The notes beneath the pieces were generated by a model. The model saw only the letters and a list, made by a program, of their open reading frames with translations. It ran no database searches and was not told the DNA's origin. This document shows positions 58,803 through 64,000 of a stretch of 64,000 bases of DNA, piece by piece; within the stretch, counting starts at the first letter, position 1; every line of letters starts with the position of its first letter. Both the position numbers and the translations under genes were made by a program. Source of the stretch: Chanos chanos (taxonomy: Eukaryota); NCBI RefSeq assembly GCF_902362185.1, contig NC_044504.1, positions 33,156,702 through 33,220,701 of the forward strand, in the 5' to 3' direction.

Positions 58803-59116
58803 ATGACAACGCCGGCTCTTCTGCCCCTCTCGGGGCGTAGGATACCAACTCTCTCGCCAGGCGCCTCATCGTTCCCCCACCACAGAGCCACCTTGCGACT
58901 TTCCGAGAAGTTCATCCTCCTCCTCATCCTCAGTGCCTTCATCACCCTATGCTTCGGAGCATTCTTCTTTCTTCCGGACAACTCCAAACACAAGCGTTTT
59001 GATCTGGGCTTGGAGGACGTGCTAATACCGCATATTGAGTCTGGGAAAGAGGGGAGGCATAATGGAGGACAGGTTATCATACATGGACAAGGAGGGCATG
59101 ATGAGCATAGACACAG
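58803..59116 (+). CDS. man1a2: MAN1A2 (Golgi alpha-1,2-mannosidase IB) exon 1: cytoplasmic tail plus signal-anchor TM; remaining exons lie beyond the window
   Basis: MTTPALLPLSGRRIPTLSPGASSFPHHRATLRLSEKFILLLILSAFITLCFGAFFFLPDNSKHKRFDLGLEDV...EHRH|gtaaga. The first ~60 aa are almost identical to the human MAN1A2 N-terminus MTTPALLPLSGRRIPPLNLGPPSFPHHRATLRLSEKFILLLILSAFITLCFGAIFFLPDSSK. The donor position is less certain. Confidence 0.8.
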
Positions 59117-59211
59117 GTAAGACCAGAGAGGAGGAGAGATCACTGCCAGCTTCGGTCCATTTACAACATTTTCCTAATCCTGACCAAGGTGTTTGTGTTT
59201 ATGTTTGTGTT

Positions 59212-59244
<33 letters not shown>

Positions 59245-61015
59245 TTGTAACAGAGTCTTACACAATTTGTATGTCATTTGAAAAGCAAACCATGAGCCTG
59301 AAGGCATAGGTTTGTATAGGTATAGGTTTGTGTAGGTTTGTATAGGTTTGAGGTTTCTCCTTTCGGAAGATATTGTTCCCACCCTTATATTGTGATTGTG
59401 TGCTTCAGGGGTTTCTCAATACCTGATTATCTGAATCAGGTGTGTTTGTGAAATGCTGTGTGTCTCTGGGAGGTTATGCCCTCTATATTCCTGTGGCCTG
59501 TTACTTTTGTGGTGCATGCATTCTCCAGACTGCCTTTGAGAGAACTCAAAAGCTAATGATATTCTAATGAAAAGAATGCACATGCTAGATATGAAAACAT
59601 TATTCTTTTGAGTTTCAGATAGACGTCAATTCATTCTGCTCTAAGGACCATTTAGAGCAAGCAAAAGCAAAAATGGTTTGATGGCTTTTCTCTCCTGCCC
59701 ACAATAAGAGCTTTCATGTCTAAGTGTGGTCAAACACAGTGGCTGAATGACAAATCCTAGATATGCAGTAGATAACAATACACATAAACAAAGAATCTCA
59801 CAGAATCTTTGCAAGCAGAAATCATTGAAACGATATTGACAGGTACTGAATATCAACTGATATATTTAGTAAATTACCAAAGCTTTGCGTTTTGTATCAT
59901 TTACTCCTTTTCTGTCCCAGAGGCATAATCCTTATTTCCATTATTTACCTCAAAGAGTGGATCACTGGAACCGGGTCTTCTGGGGCATGAAAACACACAC
60001 GCACACACACACAAAACAACACTCACTCACTGACTCACTCACTCACACAAACACTCAGGAGTTCCCTTTTCTGAAAGTGCTGTAGTTGAGTTCACTCCAT
60101 TTTCTGCTGATGCCTGCTGGACTTGGTAAGAGCCTTAGAGAGAATGGAGACAGGGAACATTGTCTGCGTCTGAAGCCAGCCCACTCTCCCGGCAGAAATG
60201 TGTAACTGATGTTTTAGTCTGCAGTGTTTTCCTCCACTGTTGTCCGTTGCAGTTCAAACACCGTTCTCACGGCTTTGCACAGGTTGTCAACATCCAGTCA
60301 GGTTTTCACTGTGTGAGTTTTCGACATCCAGTCAGGCTATCACTGTGTGAGGTACCTGACTGTTATGTCACCATGAACAATAACATGATCCAGAATTCCC
60401 TTTAAATTTTGTGAGGAAGAGGATGAGCATGAGTTCTGGTCCGTTTTCTCACTAAAGACATCATGTGAAACGTGCACCATTTTAGGCCAGCGCTGCCGTG
60501 GAGCCCGTTTGTTTTTCTGCCACAGGAACCAGATGACGTCTTACTGGGCTCTGACCCGCTGAGAATGATGACTTCAGACTGTTCACTGTGATTTTTGGTG
60601 CCAAGAGCAGGTAGGACGGACAAAGAGAGAATTGGTCTTATGCGAGTTATGGTGAAGAGGCTGAGATGCATTTCTTGATGTAAAGGAAATGGTGACCAGA
60701 GTGAGTTACGGGTTTTATAAAGTGACAGAAAGAGAAGAAAGCGCGAGACTGGTTTTGGAAACTTGCGCTGTTCTTCTTCTAAGTGTTGTCTGTCAGACAG
60801 GAGACAGACAACTGGCATGCTGTGTCAGCTTTTCATTTACATCACAAAGACACAATAGAGCTGTGAGCAGAACTGGAGGGTCTGGGGAGGGGGGTTATCT
60901 CCAGGTATTTGAGATAAGGCTTTTGGATAAGTATAAGTTTGCCCTAAAAAGTTATTTGTTTTCCGAACTTGGCTTTTATTTTCTTTTATGGTTTGTGTAT
61001 CTGTGTGTGTGTATC

Positions 61016-61046
<31 letters not shown>

Positions 61047-62220
61047 CCATGGGTCCATATTCTCGCCGCTTATAGAGACACATCTCATTTTGCAAATGCT
61101 GACTCAGTCTTGGCTGTGCATTAGAGTGGTACTGAGGACGGAGCTCAGGTTGGCCTAAAAGCAAAACGTCTCGGATATAGAGATTAGACGCTTGCTAAGC
61201 CATCGGATGAACACACAGAGGTGAGATGAGATGATGGAATGCTTGGTCATTGCTTTTTACATTTCCACTGCAGCCTGGTCTCCCAGGGGTCACTCAGAGT
61301 CGAATGGTTCTGTGAGTGTGGCATAACTTCTTCAATAACATTAAGAGATATCTTTTGTTTGACTACACACATCTGGTGCTGTCTCCATGTGACCGTGTTT
61401 GTTTAACCTGCCCCAGCAGGAGGAGGGCTGGGATATCTCGGCAAAATAGTCAATTGCTCATTAGGTTGCTTATGTTTATCAGTTACACAATACAATGACA
61501 CAATACTTATCTTTTTAATTTGTTTTTCTGCAAACAAGCATGGGTTCCCGCTTGAAATCTCTATGTAAGCTACGGTTTTCATTTTAAATGTTCTGTCAGT
61601 GGCAGTAATGCCTTTGGGATCACTTAAAGGTCAGGGTCAGAGGTCAGTCAACCAGTAAAGCCGGATCCCTCAGATCTGGACCTAGATAACTTTCATATCA
61701 ACCCAGCTTTATGGCCTCATGTTGACTGAAGAGTGTACGCACCCTTTCCCAGGGAAATATAAGCTTCCGGTTGTGAGGTGAGGAGAAAACCAGTAAGGCT
61801 CCAGACATCCAAGGTTGGATTTGAGGATCTCTACCTGACAGAAACTGCCGTTTAGTGTCCACTTTGCACCAATGTCATCTCCACATTCAGCTCAAAGTAT
61901 CTTATTGCTCCTCTCATCCACAGAAATTTCACCCTGTTACATGTAGTTTCTGTCTCTATCATGGGAAATCTGTATTCTGCTGCTGTGTTAATAGTGTTAC
62001 TGAGAGTTTGGTACGGCTGTGGTCTGGTTGCATGTTAATCTCTACTTAGACCTGCAGCTTCACAGAATTGGAGCTAACGCCAGCCTCGTCGCTGTGCTTA
62101 TTTGTTATGTCAAGTGTGATCTGAAACATTGTTCTGGGGCTCCAGACATTGTGTTCTTTAAACAAATAGGCTGTGTTGGTGTGTACTTTGTAGGTGTGAG
62201 GCTCAGCTACAGTCTGCAGT

Positions 62221-62245
62221 CCCCCCCCCCCCCCCCCCCCCCCCC
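62221..62245. repeat. C25 homopolymer (poly-C/poly-G tract) in presumptive MAN1A2 intron 1
   Basis: 25 consecutive C residues followed by atcccgaagtccc. Confidence 0.9.
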
Positions 62246-64000
62246 ATCCCGAAGTCCCTGTCCTCAACACACACACACACACCCCAGATGTACATATGTC
62301 CTGTACATACACGTACAGCAGTAATCGCGCATGGCAGTCTTAAATGAGGTGAGCCCCATTCCTGTGCAGAAATGCTGGGGCAGCAGAATGACTGGTTTGG
62401 CTGCTGGAATCACTCGCATTAACTCTGTCATCACCCATTTAGCGGAGGATGAGTCCACTCTGTCGAGCTGGCCTTTTTTTTTTTTTTCCCCTTATCTAAC
62501 ACAGCTCTCCAATCAACAGCCAGAGGAGACTCAAAAACATCTCTTCAACCAATACAGAAGGTCATGACCTGGTGTCCAGATGGGCTTTTTTAGGTTAGAG
62601 GTGTCAGTACGGAGTCTTGCCTTGCCTTTTCAGAACAATATGGCATCAGTAGAAGTATAAAAAAACAATCACATTATGTATACACACAGTCGTTTTTTCT
62701 TTATTACATCCACTACCTCTTTTACCCTTCCTGTTTTCCTCTTGTTCTCTCAATCTTATCAGTCTGACACGGTGGTGCTCATGGCAGAATGGGTAGGCTC
62801 CCATTACGAGGTGTTTTGTCTTAACGGTGTATCCAGTGGCTGCTCTGGTATACGTGTCCACTGGCCTTGTTATCTTATGAATAATGTATCTTATTCAGAC
62901 TGGCTGCTGGCCATCTGCTTTGTTTTATGACTCATCCTCACCACAAGCGCTGGGACCAGACACAAGAGTTCTGTCTGATCCTCCCTCTAACCGGAGCTCT
63001 GCTCTGCTCCGCTCCGCTCTGTGCCAGTCTCTGCCCTGCCGCTCCAGTTTCTGTGCCACCCAGAACCAGTCTATGCCATTCCGTAATAGTTTCGCCCATT
63101 GGCAGTGGATTACCAGTTTCAGTTTCTCTTTATGTGTCCCTGCCAGCTTAGCCAGCACTTTGCCAGCTCACAGCGATCTGGCTCTGCCCTACTTCACCAC
63201 ACTGTTATATCTGCCCATGCCGGTTCTGACAGCTCCACATCTCTGACAGGGTTGGGTTTTTTTTTTTTAAGGATTTGTGCTTTGTTTTATACTGAACCAG
63301 TTGGGCTGGTTGTGTGGTCAACCAACAAGATTGAGTTAACGTAGACAGCAACAGTTTCTCAGGTATAATTCAGGCTTTTTCTTTTCTTTTCTTTTCTTTT
63401 CTTTGTTTAATATTGTACGTGTGTCTATGGTGCTGAATACACCAGAGGAGCTATGGTTCTTGGTGTGTCCACACAGTCCCCTGGAGTGTTCAGTAATTGA
63501 GTAAGAGCTCTGACCTGGCAGTCTGAACAAAAATGTAACACCTCACTTAAGCTGAATGTGCATCTGAAATATAATCTTTCACACACCTAATCCTAACTTA
63601 CTATAACCAAACGTTGGTCCCAAGAATGAAACTCAGCTCTTGCAGGCCACTGAAAGAGTGATTTGGAACATCTCAACTGGAAACAAAAGATATACTGAGG
63701 ATGTTTCCCACTTAATCTGTTTGGAGCTGGAACCTATGCGCTGAGACTAAACCTTAAACCGTATTGGTCTGGGGGAAAAAAAAAAAAAAAAAGATTCAAA
63801 CTTTTTCAACTGAAACTGCTGCCAGAGTAACACACCATCTCTCAATGCTAATCAGTCCTAGAGCCTCAGGGCTGAGAGAGAGAAATGAAGGAGCAGGCTT
63901 TACGGGGCCTGCTCATTACTTATGGAGAAGCAATTTCAGTGTTCCTCCTCCTCGCCGCCGCGGAGCGCGGCACCACCGCACGAGTTGTGTGACAGAAGTG

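Noticed and set aside
58712-59143. 143-aa minus-strand ORF overlapping the MAN1A2 exon 1
   Set aside because: Antisense artefact. The plus frame is ~90% identical to the human MAN1A2 N-terminus.

Overview
This window is vertebrate genomic DNA, most likely from a teleost (cyprinid-like): multi-exon genes with GT-AG introns, abundant (GT)n/(CA)n microsatellites, fish-type interspersed repeats and a Tc1/mariner-like MITE. No prokaryotic-type systems are present. Five protein-coding loci were resolved by eye from homology plus splice signals. (1) 1-20,700, minus strand: a tandem array of four two-exon CALHM/FAM26-family (calcium homeostasis modulator) paralogs. Copies A and B are a recent ~3.7 kb duplication. 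Copies C and D are diverged, and D carries a very Cys-rich TM2-TM3 loop. (2) 24,168-40,182, plus strand: a complete PARP4 (vault PARP) gene in 36 coding exons (5,496 nt in-frame, about 1,831 aa). Its penultimate large exon carries a tandem proline-rich repeat expansion. (3) 43,196-44,991, plus strand: a B7-H4/VTCN1-like gene with a signal peptide, IgV and IgC exons, a short hydrophobic tail and phase-1 introns. (4) 45,920-51,001, plus strand: TRIM45 in 6 exons (RING, B-boxes, coiled coil, filamin repeat, Cys/His tail). (5) 58,803-59,116, plus strand: exon 1 of MAN1A2; the rest of the gene lies beyond the window. VTCN1, TRIM45 and MAN1A2 are neighbours on human 1p12-p13, so this is a conserved synteny block with local reordering. 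Other content: conserved non-coding blocks upstream of three CALHM copies that suggest a shared promoter and non-coding first exon, dispersed two-copy repeats, a minisatellite and compound microsatellites in PARP4 introns, a C12-A4-G11 palindrome, and a C25 homopolymer. Many six-frame ORFs are antisense or low-complexity artefacts and are listed as rejected.
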